A DNA stretch of 64,000 bases from an uncultured Verrucomicrobiae bacterium (GTDB lineage: Bacteria > Verrucomicrobiota > Verrucomicrobiia > Palsa-1439), in the NCBI GenBank assembly GCA_963812605.1, contig CAWEWF010000004.1, forward strand, positions 32,001 through 96,000. Reading direction: 5' to 3'. Under the pieces are notes generated by a model. That model searched no databases. It was given only the letters and a program-made list of their open reading frames with translations, and had not been told where the DNA came from. Below are positions 50,238-64,000 of this stretch, one piece after another. How positions within the stretch are numbered: position 1 is the first letter of the stretch; the number at the start of each line of letters is the position of its first letter. A program made the translations under genes and the position numbers.

Positions 50238-53227
50238 GGCTGGCTTCGCCCGGTGGGCACAGATTCGGCCGTCCCCTCGTCCAGAATCTCGCGCACTCGG
50301 TGGGCCAACACCGCCGGCGTGTACGGCTTTTCAAGGAATGCGATCCGATCTTCCACGATTCCGCGCCGGAGGATCGCATCCGCGGTATAGCCGGAAGTAA
50401 ATAAAACCTTCGTCACTGGCCGCGTCGCCCCGAACCAATCGGCCAACTGTTTCCCATCCATTTGCGGCATCACCACGTCCGTAAAGAGCAAATCGATTTT
50501 CTCGTCCGGGTCCTCCGTGGCCGCGCGCATGCCTTCCTCGCCATTGCCGGCCTCGATCACGTGGTAGCCGAGGCCGCGCAGCACATCGACCGTCAGCTTG
50601 CGGACACCGGGTTCATCCTCCGCAACCAGGATCGTCTCCTGGCCGCTGGGAAGCTCCTGCAGTTTCGGTCGGGCCGGCTGCGGATCGGCGTGGGCTTCAA
50701 CCCGCGGGAGGTAAATCTTGAAGGTCGTGCCGTGACCCGGCTCGGTGTGGACCTGGATGTGACCGCCGCTTTGCTTGACGATGCCGTAGCAGGTGGCGAG
50801 GCCGAGTCCCGTGCCCTCCCCTTGCGGCTTGGTCGTAAAGAACGGCTCAAAAATGTGCTCCTTCACTTCCTCGTTCATCCCCACGCCCGTGTCTCTCACG
50901 GTGAGTAACACGTATTCGCCAGGCTGGATCCCGACATGGAGCCGCGCGTAGTCTTCGCCGAGCGTGGCATTGGCGACCTCGATGATGAGCTTGCCGCCCT
51001 TGGGCATCGCATCGCGGGCATTGAGCGCCAGGTTCAGGATGACCTGCTCGATCTGCGCGGGATCGGCCTTCACGTGGCCAACGGCGGCGCCGCGAATCGT
51101 GTGCAGTTCGATGTCCTCACCGATCAGTCGCCGCAACATTTTCTCGATGTCGCTGACCGCGTTGCTCAAATCGAGCACGCGCGCTTGGAGCGTCTGTTTG
51201 CGGCTGAACGCCAGCAATTGCCGGGTCAGCCCACTCGCGCGCTCGGTCGCCTTGAGGACCTGGTCCACGTGGCGATAGAGCGGATCACTCGAGGAAAGCC
51301 GGCGCATCATCAATTCGGCATAACCCCCGATCGCGGTGAGGATGTTGTTGAAGTCGTGGGCCACGCCGCCCGCGAGCCGCCCAACCGCCTCGACTTTCTG
51401 CGCCTGCAGGAACTGTTCTTGCAGGTTTTTTTGTTCGGTAATGTCTTCCTTGATCGCAATGAAATGCCCAATCTCACCACGGTCGTCGGTGACCGGCGTA
51501 ATGGTCATCCGCTCGGTGTAAGGCGTGCCGTCCTTGCGGCGGTTGACCAGTTCACCCTGCCACACTTCGCCGGCCAGGATCGTCCGCCAGATTCCGTCGG
51601 AAAACGACGGGTCGACGCCTCCGGACTTTAACACGGACCAGGATTCCCCGTAGGCTTCCGCAAAACTGTAACCGGTGAGCTTGCTATACGCCGGGTTGAC
51701 CCATTCCACCACGCCGGTGCGGTTGGTCAGCACAATGGCGTTGGCGGCGGACTCCAGCGCTGCGCCCTGGAGACGAAGACGGTCAGCGGCGAGTTTTTGT
51801 TGTGTAACGTCGGAAATAAAACCCTCCCGGAACTCGACCGCGCCGTTCGCCGAGACGATTCCCAGCCCTTCCTCCCAGACGGCCTTTGTCTGGCCCCGTG
51901 CGGTGGCAATGCGGTATTGCAAATGGAACGGTCGATTCGCCAGCACCGCTTCGTTCACTTCCTGACGGATGCGCTCGCGATCCTCCGGGAGTATCAATTG
52001 CGTGTAGGAAATCTTTTTATCGCGCTGGAACTCTTCCGGTTGGTACCCGGTCAATTCGATACAACCTTCGCTGGCGAACTCGATGATGCCTTCCTCGTCG
52101 TGACGACAGCGATAGACCATGCCCGGCAAATTGCTCATCAACGAGGACAATTGCCGCTGGCTCTCCCGCAACTCGCCCTGCGAATGCTGGAGCGCGCCGA
52201 GCATCTTGTTCAGTGCGTTCGCCAAACCGGTCAACTCATCGGAGCCGCTGACTGTTACCCGCGCGCCAACATCGCTGCTGGCCCCGATCCGGTCCACGTC
52301 CATAATGAGCCGTGACAGCCGCGCCAGCACCAACCGCTCCATCAGCGCCACCATCGCAAGTCCAAAACACAATCCGATCACCAAAAGCCAGGTCACGAGG
52401 TACCGGATGGTTTCGCGCCCATGGGCGGAGATCTCACGCGGCATGTCCACCCGCAGCAACAACGCCGGCTTCCCAAAGATGTCGTTCCAGATCGTGTAAC
52501 CGCTGATGAAATCTTCCTCCAGCGCTTCCACGCGCACGGCGCCGGCGTTGGGAATCTCGGCGCGGACCTGGCGGAAGTCGGCGGGTAACTGCGGATCGTC
52601 GACACGACGCATGGCCAACATCAGGTGCATGGCGCCGCCGAGCCGCCGCATCGCCCGCGCATCAAGGAAACGCCCAAAAATCACTGAACCGCGGATCGGT
52701 CCGGTATGGTGGCCCGTCACGATCGGCCGCGAAACCACCCAGGTTGGCCCCTCGGCCAGCAGCACCATGCCCGCGTGAACGCTGTCAACACTCGCGTGTC
52801 GTAGCAGCGGGCTGCCGCTGTCGAGCAATCGCAGGAAGCCCGGGGGGACGGGTGTCGCCTTCCGCGCATCCAGGTCAAAGCCCTTGCTCCACACGACCTC
52901 TCCTTTGCGGTTCACAAAGACGATGAAGTTCACCTGTAGCTCGGTGAAATCCGTGTCATCGAGATGGTAGCGAATATAGTCCTGATTGTGATCTTCGACG
53001 AATTGATACGCGTCGTCCCAAACCGCCCAACTGGTCAATTTGTCGTTGAGATTGGCCGATCTTTCGCGCAACTCGCTTTCCACCCATCTCACGTCGCGGC
53101 TGATGTCGCGTTCTTCAAGACGGGCAAAATCCTTCAAGAGGATCGATGAGGAAACCGCGTAGAACCCGACGATGAGGGCCACCAGTGTTGCCCCGAGGAT
53201 AACAAAGATTCGATGACGAAGCGTCAC
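50234..53227 (-). CDS. CHASE4-HAMP-PAS hybrid histidine kinase (CckA-like core)
   Basis: [15 protein letters not shown]4, two PAS domains, GGVAHDFNN and REC. Confidence 0.93.
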   Translation of the reverse strand: MTLRHRIFVILGATLVALIVGFYAVSSSILLKDFARLEERDISRDVRWVESELRERSANLNDKLTSWAVWDDAYQFVEDHNQDYIRYHLDDTDFTELQVNFIVFVNRKGEVVWSKGFDLDARKATPVPPGFLRLLDSGSPLLRHASVDSVHAGMVLLAEGPTWVVSRPIVTGHHTGPIRGSVIFGRFLDARAMRRLGGAMHLMLAMRRVDDPQLPADFRQVRAEIPNAGAVRVEALEEDFISGYTIWNDIFGKPALLLRVDMPREISAHGRETIRYLVTWLLVIGLCFGLAMVALMERLVLARLSRLIMDVDRIGASSDVGARVTVSGSDELTGLANALNKMLGALQHSQGELRESQRQLSSLMSNLPGMVYRCRHDEEGIIEFASEGCIELTGYQPEEFQRDKKISYTQLILPEDRERIRQEVNEAVLANRPFHLQYRIATARGQTKAVWEEGLGIVSANGAVEFREGFISDVTQQKLAADRLRLQGAALESAANAIVLTNRTGVVEWVNPAYSKLTGYSFAEAYGESWSVLKSGGVDPSFSDGIWRTILAGEVWQGELVNRRKDGTPYTERMTITPVTDDRGEIGHFIAIKEDITEQKNLQEQFLQAQKVEAVGRLAGGVAHDFNNILTAIGGYAELMMRRLSSSDPLYRHVDQVLKATERASGLTRQLLAFSRKQTLQARVLDLSNAVSDIEKMLRRLIGEDIELHTIRGAAVGHVKADPAQIEQVILNLALNARDAMPKGGKLIIEVANATLGEDYARLHVGIQPGEYVLLTVRDTGVGMNEEVKEHIFEPFFTTKPQGEGTGLGLATCYGIVKQSGGHIQVHTEPGHGTTFKIYLPRVEAHADPQPARPKLQELPSGQETILVAEDEPGVRKLTVDVLRGLGYHVIEAGNGEEGMRAATEDPDEKIDLLFTDVVMPQMDGKQLADWFGATRPVTKVLFTSGYTADAILRRGIVEDRIAFLEKPYTPAVLAHRVREILDEGTAESVPTGRSQP

Positions 53228-53481
53228 GGTTGACGCCCTCTTCGACCGAGTCTTGACAAATTCATTTGCATTGACTGAGGAATCGAGCGTCCGTCCAAAC
53301 CGCAAGAATCCCGATCCCAAAGCTCTCGGAGGCGCATTAAGTGTGCCATTACAAAGTAGATGCGTTCGCAGCCGAAGAAGCCAAAGCCCTCCGAATCAAG
53401 CACCGTCGCAACCTCCTGCAATTGCGGATCAAGCGCCCGGTGGGCCGTTCGCAGGGGTGTGCCCGCAGACTGGTGCACGCC

Positions 53482-53510
53482 TTGACTTGGCACGCGCCTT
53501 TCGCCATAGT
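53482..53510 (+). promoter_or_regulatory. sigma70-like promoter of glyQS
   Basis: TTGACT-17-CATAGT, 11 nt before ATG. Confidence 0.65.
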
Positions 53511-53521
53511 CCGCCGTTGCC

Positions 53522-55064
53522 ATGACGGACAAGAAACAATCGCCGCCGCTAATGGAAAAAATCGTCGCGCTTTGCAAGCGGCGCGGGTTCGTTTTCCAGT
53601 CGTCGGAGATTTACGGCGGCATCAACGGCTTCTGGGACTACGGCCCGCTCGGGGCAGAGTTGAAGAAGAACATCCGCGATTGCTGGTGGAACGACATGGT
53701 TCGCGGCCGTGACGACGTCGTGGGCATCGAGAACGTCAATCATCATGCACCCGAAGGTGTGGGAAGCTTCCGGCCATGTGGGCGGGTTCACCGACCCGAT
53801 GGTGGACTGCAAATCTTCCAAACAGCGTTTTCGCGCCGACGAAATCTGGTTTTCTCCCGTGATCGTCGATGGCAAGGTCGTGGGGTATGTGAGCCTCCTG
53901 GAAACCGAGCGGACCACGGAGGACTTGCAGGAGAAGGCCGAAACGCTGAAACGAAAGAAGGCGATCCAGGGGAAGTTGGAACCGGTCCAGCCGCGTGATT
54001 TCACGCAGGCCACGCCCGAGGAAATCCCGCTGGTGCCTTCGCCCGCCACCGGCGAGCCCGGCAGTCTCACCCCCGCGCGCAATTTCAACATGATGTTCGA
54101 GACGTATGTGGGCGCGCTGCGCGAGGAGTCCGAAAAAACTTATCTGCGTCCCGAGACGGCGCAAGGCATGTTTGCCGATTTCAAGGCGGTGCTCGATACG
54201 GGACGGGTAAAAATCCCTTTCGGCATCGCGCAGATCGGCAAATCCTTTCGTAACGAAATCACCCCGCGCAACTTCATCTTCCGCAGTCGCGAGTTCGAGC
54301 AGATGGAGATGGAGTTCTTTATCAGTGACGAAGACGACTGGGAAAAATGGCACCGGTACTGGATCGATTGGTGTCGCAACTGGCTGCTTTCCGTCGGGCT
54401 CTCCGCCTCGCACCTTTCCGAATACAACCACCCCAGGGAGAAACTGGCCTTCTACTCGAAAGGCACGACCGACATCATGTTCCGCTACCCGTTCGGCGTG
54501 CAGGAATTGTGGGGCATTGCCGCCCGGGGTTGTTATGATCTTTCCCAGCACGCCAAATTCAGCGGTGCGTCGTTGGATTACTTTGACGAGGAGAAGAAGC
54601 GTCGATACGTGCCGCACGTCATCGAGCCGGCCGTGGGCGTCGATCGCATCACGCTGGCGATCTTCTGCAGCGCCTACGCCGAAGAAACCACGACCGATGA
54701 GAAAGGCCAGTCCGAAACCCGTGTCGTCATGCGGTTCGCGCCGCGCATCGCGCCGATCAAGGTTGCGGTGTTTCCGCTGTTGCGGAACAAGCCGGCGCTC
54801 GTGGAGAAAGCGAAAGAAGTCTTCAAGCTCCTCCAGCCGCATTTCACCACCGAATGGGACGACCGCGGCAACATCGGCAAACGCTATCGCTACCAGGACG
54901 AACAAGGCACCCCGTGGTGCGTGACCATCGACTTCGAAACGCTCGGCGAAAAAGGCCTCGAACTTCAAGACACAGTGACCCTGCGCGACCGTGACACGAT
55001 GAAACAGGATCGCGTGAAGATCGCCGAGTTGCTGCCGCTAATCAGCGGCAAGCTGCGCGGCTGA
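53522..55064 (+). CDS. glyQS: Glycine--tRNA ligase, alpha2 type (frameshift near 53730)
   Basis: [33 protein letters not shown] and PHVIEP motifs. Confidence 0.95.
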
Positions 55065-55072
55065 CGCAAAAC

Positions 55073-55625
55073 TTAATTGGCGCCACGCGGATCTGCCGCA
55101 AGCTCCCACGTCAGCACTTCCCGGTGTTTTGGGACTTCCACCAAACTGATCTCCTTGATTTGGGTTATCAACGGAAGCGTGAATCGGGAACACACTTCAA
55201 CCGCCCCGGGAATCGCAGCGATTGAAAGTCCGTAAGCCAGCGTGCAATGCGGGACCCAGTTTCCCGGAAGGTAATAGGGGCGAACGCCCGTCACCTGCCC
55301 GGCGCAGACGACTCGTAAACTCGCTATGAATGGAAAGCAGTTGTTCGGTAACGACTGCGCCCAGGTACACTACTCCCTCCGGCCGGGGAAAAATGCCCAG
55401 ATAATCGAGTTTGATCGGGAACGCGATGCGCTTTTCAGTAAAGAAATGAAGCTCGTTTTCAAATTCCGGCGAAGAGTATTTCTCGAACACGCCCAAAGTG
55501 ACGTGGGGCCGATAGCCGCCATCGATCATGAAGGAATTGACCCTCGCTTGCGCCAGGTCGCCCCAAACCTTCCGCACGAGCTTGTCGGCGCTCTCATCAA
55601 AAAACATTTCCACGGCAAAGGGCAT
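55073..55625 (-). CDS. 2H phosphoesterase / 2'-5' RNA ligase family protein (frameshift near 55295)
   Basis: PHVTL and WVPHCTL HxT motifs in two frames. Confidence 0.8.
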
Positions 55626-55726
55626 GTTTCATCATGAAAACAAAACCGCGCGTCCGCTGCAAGGGTTCTTCTTTTTAATTCCACGCCGGACGGATAGCCG
55701 GTAGAATGATTCGCGATGACGATTTT

Positions 55727-56942
55727 ATGCACCACGAAGCGGCACTGATCGAGACGCTGGCCATCAGCCTGGCGTTTGCGTTTGTCGGCGGTTTTCTTGC
55801 GGTCCGCTTGCGCCTGCCGCCGCTGGTGGGCTACTTGCTGGCCGGGCATTGTTGTCGGACCGTTTACACCGGGGTTCGTGGTCAACGTCAAGCTGGCGCC
55901 GCAACTGGCCGAGGTCGGGGTCATTCTTCTTATGTTCGGCGTGGGGATGCACTTTTCCATTGACGATCTACTGGCGGTGCGCGGCATTGCCGTGCCGGGC
56001 GCAGTGGCGCAGATTGTGATCGCGACAGCCATGGGCGCGGGCGTCGCCCTGGTATGGGGTTGGTCAATCGGCGCCGGATTGGTGTTCGGCCTGGCCTTGT
56101 CGGTCGCGAGCACGGTCGTCTTGTTGCGGCAGTTGGAAGCACAGGGCAATTTGAAAACGCGCGACGGTCAGATTGCGGTTGGCTGGCTCGTGGTGGAAGA
56201 TTTGGCAATGGTCCTGACATTGGTCCTGTTGCCGGCCCTCGCGGGTGTGATGGGCGGACACGCGGCAGATCCGAGCCATGGCGCCGCGCCCGGCAACCTC
56301 TGGATGACGCTCGGACTGACGCTCGGCCGCGTTGCGTTATTCGTCTTTCTCATCCTGTTGGTGGGACCGCGCGTGGTTCCGTGGTTGTTGAAACAAGTGG
56401 AACGCACCGGCTCGCGCGAGTTGTTCACGCTGGCCGTGATCGCACTGGCGCTTGGCGTGGCATTCGGCTCCGCGGAATTTTTCGGCGTCTCGTTCGCCCT
56501 CGGCGCGTTCTTTGCCGGGATGGTCATCAACGAGTCCGACCTAAGCCATCGCGCCGCGACCGACCTGCAGCCGTTGCAAGACGCATTTGCCGCGCTCTTT
56601 TTCGTGGCAGTGGGAATGCTCTTCGACCCCGCCATCCTGACGCGCGAACCGCTGCGCGTGTTGATCGTAGTGGCGATCATTGTCGTCGGCAAATTTCTCG
56701 CCGCGCTGGGGATCGTGCTCGCGTTGCGGTATTCGCTGGGTACCGCCCTCACGGTCTCGGCCGCGCTGTCGCAGATCGGGGAATTCTCCTTTATCCTGGT
56801 CGGAATGGGAATCACCCTTGGCCTCCTGCCAGCCGAGGGGCGAGACCTGATATTGGCGGGCGCGCTGCTGTCGATCACGTTGAATCCCTTGGTCTTCGGC
56901 ATCGTCGCCAAACTCCGACCGATCCCCGTCGGCTCCCGCTAG
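55727..56942 (+). CDS. CPA2 cation:proton antiporter (YbaL/RosB-like; frameshift near 55845)
   Basis: LPPLVGYLLAG, LAEVGVILLMFGVG, LFFVAVGM and QIGEFSF motifs. Confidence 0.9.
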
Positions 56943-57023
56943 CCCTGGCGAAGAATCCTCTTGCGGCCACGGCATTTTTTGGTTATCGTGTGCGACTCTT
57001 ACAGGAAGACGGAGTAACGAACT

Positions 57024-57275
57024 ATGTCTCGACGTTGTGAAATTTGTGGCAAAGGCCAGGTCCGCGGCAATCACATTCTCCGCCGTGGTCAGGCGAAGAA
57101 AACCGGTGGTATCGGTCAGCACGTGACAGCGGTCACGCCGCGGATCTTCAAGCCCAATATCCAGGTGGTCCATGCCGTCGTCGATGGCGTGCGCCGCCGG
57201 GTCAAAGCCTGCGCGAACTGCATCAAGAGCGGTCGCGTGGTCCGGAAGAGTCCCCGCGTGCTCCAAGCGGCGTAA
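57024..57275 (+). CDS. rpmB: 50S ribosomal protein L28 (Zn-ribbon form)
   Basis: MSRRCEICGK...R.FKPNIQ...CANC. Confidence 0.95.
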   Translation: MSRRCEICGKGQVRGNHILRRGQAKKTGGIGQHVTAVTPRIFKPNIQVVHAVVDGVRRRVKACANCIKSGRVVRKSPRVLQAA

Positions 57276-57279
57276 TTCG

Positions 57280-57304
57280 CGGCGCTTCACAGAAGCGCCT
57301 CTAC
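57280..57304. repeat. REP-like unit between convergent rpmB and recJ
   Basis: CGGCGCTTCACAGAAGCGCCTCTAC; CTA overlaps the recJ stop. Confidence 0.7.
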
Positions 57305-58985
57305 AATGGCTCTCGAATATCGCGCACTTTCAGTTGGACGCTTTCCGTGCCGCCGTACTCATTCAGTTCGGGCGTGAACGCGATATCGAACGCGCCTTCG
57401 GGGAATTCAAAATCGCCCTTTCCCCACCAAATCGCCTGTACGGTTGTATCGCCATCGGTCACACTGAAGCGCAGGTGATTCTTGCCGACGATGCGGGGCT
57501 TGCCACGCAAATGTACGCCTTCCGCCGCAAACAGCGGCGTCGGGTTTTCCGTCCCACACGGTTCCAGCCGCTCCAGTTGCTCGAAAAAATCCGCGTCCAG
57601 ATCGTCAAGTTTGACCAGGGAGTCGATCCGCACCTGCGGTTGAAGATCCTCGTCCTTGAGCATTCTGCCCGCAAATTCGTTCAACATCTCGCGCAGTCCG
57701 TCAATCTTGTCCGCTTTCACGCTCAATCCCGCCGCCATCTCGTGTCCGCCAAATTTTTCCAAGAGCGGCGCGCAATGTTGCAACGCGCCAACGATGGAAA
57801 AGCCCGACACGCTCCGGCACGACCCCTTCCCCATTCCCTCCTCAATCCCGATTACCACGGTCGGTCGATGGTAGACCTGCAACACGCGCGAAGCCACGAT
57901 ACCGATGACACCCACATGCCAGCCCTCCTTCGCCAGCACGAGTATCCGGTCGCTGGAATTTGTCCGCGCTATGGCGATTGCTTCTTCCACTATTTGTCCT
58001 TCAATGCCCTGGCGCCTGGCGTTGTGCTCGTTGAGCAGTTTCGCCAATTCCGCGGCCCGCGTAGCGTCGTCGGTCAACAGCAATTTCAGCGCGGCCATTG
58101 CGTCGGCCAGTCGGCCGGCGGCATTAAGCCGCGGCCCGATGCGAAAACCTACGTGATACGGACTTACCTTGTCCGGCACATCCGCCATCTTCATTAAGGC
58201 GCGCAATCCGATTTTCTGCCGTCTGCTGGCAACCGCTCCAAACCGGCCCGCACCAGAATGCGATTCTCGCCCGTAAGCGGAACCAGGTCCGCGACGGTCC
58301 CGACGGCCACAAGATCCAGATGCTCGCGCAGATCGATCCGTTCCGCCAATCGCTTTTCGCGCTTCAAGAGGGCGTGCGCGAGCTTGAAAGCAACGCCGAC
58401 GCTGGCCAGCACACCCAGCGGTGAACCGGCAATTCTCTTGGGATTTACCACGGCGACGCATTCGGGCAATTTCTCCGGGGGCTCGTGATGGTCGAGCACT
58501 ATCGTATCGACGCCGTGCTTGTGGAGATCCGCAATTTCGCGCACGGAACTTGTGCCGCAATCCACCGCGATGAGCAACTGTGGTTGATGCTCCTTGAGGC
58601 AGCGCGCGATGCCGTCCGCACTGAGACCGTACCCTTCTTCCGCGCGTTGCGGCAGAAAGTTGGCGACCGTTGCCCCCGCCGTTTGCAGGACGCGCCGCAG
58701 CAAAGCGCTGGAAGTTACCCCGTCCACATCGTAGTCGCCGTAAATGACGATGCGCTCCTTGTTCGCAATCGCGACAAGGATGCGCTCGACCGCCGCGCCC
58801 ATGTCTGGCAGATCGAACGGATCGCCAAGCTGACGAAGCTGGGGGTTAAGAAAGGACGACGCGGCTGCGGCCGTGCGATAACCACGATTGATCAGGACCT
58901 GCGTGATGGACAGCGCGAGGTGTAGTTCGCGGGCCAGCGTTTCCGCCAGCGCTGGTTCGGGTTTGGCAATGACCCAGCGCTTCAT
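57301..58985 (-). CDS. recJ: ssDNA exonuclease RecJ (frameshift near 58215)
   Basis: YGDYDVDG, VDCG, DHH, GPRLNAAGR, KGSCRS and GGH.MAAG motifs. Confidence 0.95.
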
Positions 58986-58997
58986 CGACGAACGGCC

Positions 58998-61286
58998 TCA
59001 CGCTTTCGCCGGTTGCGGCTTCTTCACGGCGGCCTGGCTCGTGCGGACCGATTCCTTGCGGTGGAACCAGAGCACGACCGGGCTGGCGATATAGATGGAG
59101 GAATACGTGCCCGTCAGCACGCCCACCACGAAGCAGAAGGCGAAATCATTGAGCACGCGCCCGCCAAAACCATAGAGCGCGACCGAGCAGAGGAACACCG
59201 TGCCGGCCGTGAGGATCGTCCGCGACAGCGTTTCGTTTACGCTGCGGTTGATCAGGTCAAAATAGCTGAGTTTGCCGCCGGTGAGCTTCTTGGTTTCACG
59301 AATCCGGTCGAATACGACGATGGTGTCATTGATCGAATAGCCGATCAGCGTCAACACCGCGGCGACGACGGGCATGGAGAACGTGCGATGCGGCCACGGC
59401 CAAAGACAGAACAGGCCGACGGTCATCAGCACGTCGTGGACCAGTGAAACCAGCGCGCCCAATCCGTAGGAGATTTCACCAAAGCGCAGGGCGATGTAGA
59501 CCATGATCGCGATGAGCGACAAGGCCACGGCCTTCAGGGCATCGTTGAGCAACTCCTTGCCAACGATGGCCCCGACGCGTTCGGTGCTGAGCACCTTGAA
59601 CTGCGCCTGGGGATATTGATCCTGAAGATGCTTGACCACATCCTCCGTCTTGCCCTCGGGAAGCCTCAATTGCAGCACCTCCGAACCGCCGGCCAAATCG
59701 CGTTCGTACTGGATGTAGGCCTCGTCGAAATGGTTTGCGTCCAGGTTATGGCGAATCTCGTCCACGTCGATACGCTGTTGGAAACCCAGCGTCGCGGTGT
59801 CGCCGCCCTTGAAATCAATGCCGTACACTTCGCCCACGCCAACTTTCAGGCCGCCACGGTTCACGAACACCACCATGCCGGTGATGATGAGCGCCCAGGA
59901 AAGCGCGAAGGCAACTTTCCAGACGCCGAGGAAGTTGATGTGCGGCAGGCGGCGAAACACATGGAGCATGTGGAACGACTTCAGCCAGCCCCGGTCCACG
60001 AGCCAGTCGAAGATCAGCCGGGTCACGAACACGCCGGAGAAAAGGTTGGCCAGCAAACCAATGACCAGCGTGACGCCGAAGCCCTTCACCGGGCCGCTGC
60101 CCATGGAGATCAAGATGGCCGCCGTCAGGATCGCGGTAAAGTGCGCGTCGAAAATCACCCGAAACGCGCGGGAATAGCCCGCGGCCAGCGCCGCGCGCAA
60201 CGCTTTTTTCGCGGCCAATTCCTCGCGGACTCGCTCATAGATCAGCACGTTGGTGTCCACCGCCATGCCGATGGTCAAGACAATGCCGGCGATGCCGGGC
60301 ATGGTGAGCGTGAACTTGAACATCGCCAACACGCCCATCGTGATGAGAATGTTGAATAACAGCGCCAGGTTCGCGACGACTCCCGCCGCCTGATAATACA
60401 CTGCCATAAAAATAATCACGGCCGCCGCGCCGATCAACGCCGCCCGAATACCGCTCTTGACGGAGTCCCGGCCCAGCGACGGGTCGACGCTGCGCGTCTC
60501 GATGACCTTGATGGGCGCCTCGAGGGGGTTTTCCAGCACGTTGGCCAGTTCCTGCGCCTCGGTTTGGCTGAAGCTGCCGCTAATCTGCGCGTTGCCGCCC
60601 GTAATCGCATCCCGGATCACCGGCGCGGAGTAAAGTTCGCCATCCAGCACGATGGCCAATTGCCGTCCGACGTTCGCCGAAGTGATCCGGCCAAAAATCG
60701 CCGCCCCTTCCGGGTCAAAGCTCAGCGCCACGTAGGGTCGCCCCAGGTCGTCGGGCAGCACGTAGGCCCGGGCCACGTGCCTGCCGGTCATCTCCGGGCG
60801 CACTTTCACGAAGTACGTCTGCTTGGTCGGTTGCCCGTTGCGGTTCTCTTCATGGACCAATTTCTTGTATCCCACGGGTTCCACGAACCGTGGATCGGAA
60901 ACGGATTCCTCCACCAGCTTATCGTTGTCCTCATGCACGAGCCGAAATTCGAGGTAGGCCGTTTTCTCGATGGTCTTCCGCGCTTCAATCTGTTTCGCTT
61001 CGTCGAGGCCCGGCAATTGGACCAGGAGCCGATCCGGCGGGATGGGCTGGATCACCGGCTCCGCCACGCCGAAGCGATCGACGCGCTTCCGCAGGATTTC
61101 CACCGCCTGCGCCAGCGCCGTCGCGCGGCCGGTCGAATCGATTTTGCTGAGGTCCATTTGCAGCAGGAAGGAGGTGCCGCCCTTGATATCCAGACCAAGC
61201 TTGATGCCGTAGTTATAAATCGACCAGGTGGCAAGGGCCAGGACCGCGGCAACCAAAGTGGATTTCCAGGGGAATTGCTTGTTCAT
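58998..61286 (-). CDS. secDF: Fused protein translocase SecDF
   Basis: LGLDIKGG, GMAVD.NVLIYER, GIDFKGG and GYSINDTIVVFDRIRE motifs. Confidence 0.97.
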   Translation of the reverse strand: MNKQFPWKSTLVAAVLALATWSIYNYGIKLGLDIKGGTSFLLQMDLSKIDSTGRATALAQAVEILRKRVDRFGVAEPVIQPIPPDRLLVQLPGLDEAKQIEARKTIEKTAYLEFRLVHEDNDKLVEESVSDPRFVEPVGYKKLVHEENRNGQPTKQTYFVKVRPEMTGRHVARAYVLPDDLGRPYVALSFDPEGAAIFGRITSANVGRQLAIVLDGELYSAPVIRDAITGGNAQISGSFSQTEAQELANVLENPLEAPIKVIETRSVDPSLGRDSVKSGIRAALIGAAAVIIFMAVYYQAAGVVANLALLFNILITMGVLAMFKFTLTMPGIAGIVLTIGMAVDTNVLIYERVREELAAKKALRAALAAGYSRAFRVIFDAHFTAILTAAILISMGSGPVKGFGVTLVIGLLANLFSGVFVTRLIFDWLVDRGWLKSFHMLHVFRRLPHINFLGVWKVAFALSWALIITGMVVFVNRGGLKVGVGEVYGIDFKGGDTATLGFQQRIDVDEIRHNLDANHFDEAYIQYERDLAGGSEVLQLRLPEGKTEDVVKHLQDQYPQAQFKVLSTERVGAIVGKELLNDALKAVALSLIAIMVYIALRFGEISYGLGALVSLVHDVLMTVGLFCLWPWPHRTFSMPVVAAVLTLIGYSINDTIVVFDRIRETKKLTGGKLSYFDLINRSVNETLSRTILTAGTVFLCSVALYGFGGRVLNDFAFCFVVGVLTGTYSSIYIASPVVLWFHRKESVRTSQAAVKKPQPAKA

Positions 61287-61297
61287 GATGGCTCGGG

Positions 61298-64000
<2,703 letters not shown>

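Noticed and set aside
53700-53760. Programmed frameshifting in glyQS or recJ
   Set aside because: No slippery heptamer or stimulator is evident, and indels are scattered across many genes, so error is more likely.

Overview
GC-rich bacterial chromosomal window; gene content and repeat families suggest Verrucomicrobiota/PVC (inference). The backbone is housekeeping: ilvN-ilvC, an attenuator-controlled leuA, tRNA-Ala(CGC), a cysteine synthase / JAMM peptidase / MoaD-MoeB-rhodanese sulfur-carrier cluster, lpxA, recO, phoH-ybeY, codA, a heptose kinase, a five-gene signalling block, glyQS, rpmB, recJ-secDF-yajC-tgt and an xdhC-mocA-like fusion. Many small accessory genes are interspersed (TA pairs, PadR module, peroxiredoxin, ORF6N, helicase-associated repeat protein, secreted PKD proteins). 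The main unexplained signal is a recurring architecture. At four host genes (cupin, JAMM peptidase, moeB, codA) accessory cargo sits right behind the stop codon and is followed by a diverged copy of that same gene's 3' end; there are seven such tails, three of them stacked behind moeB. This forms integron-like cassette arrays anchored on gene tails, with no integrase or transposase in the window. Also seen: REP-like palindromes translated in-frame inside leuA and xdhC-mocA, a REP-carrying MITE with a 4-bp target duplication, a four-helix-bundle gene bracketed by inverted short-repeat arrays, and many leaderless promoters. About eleven single-base frameshifts, including in glyQS and recJ, are most likely long-read consensus errors. 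All alignments and family calls were made by eye, with no database search.
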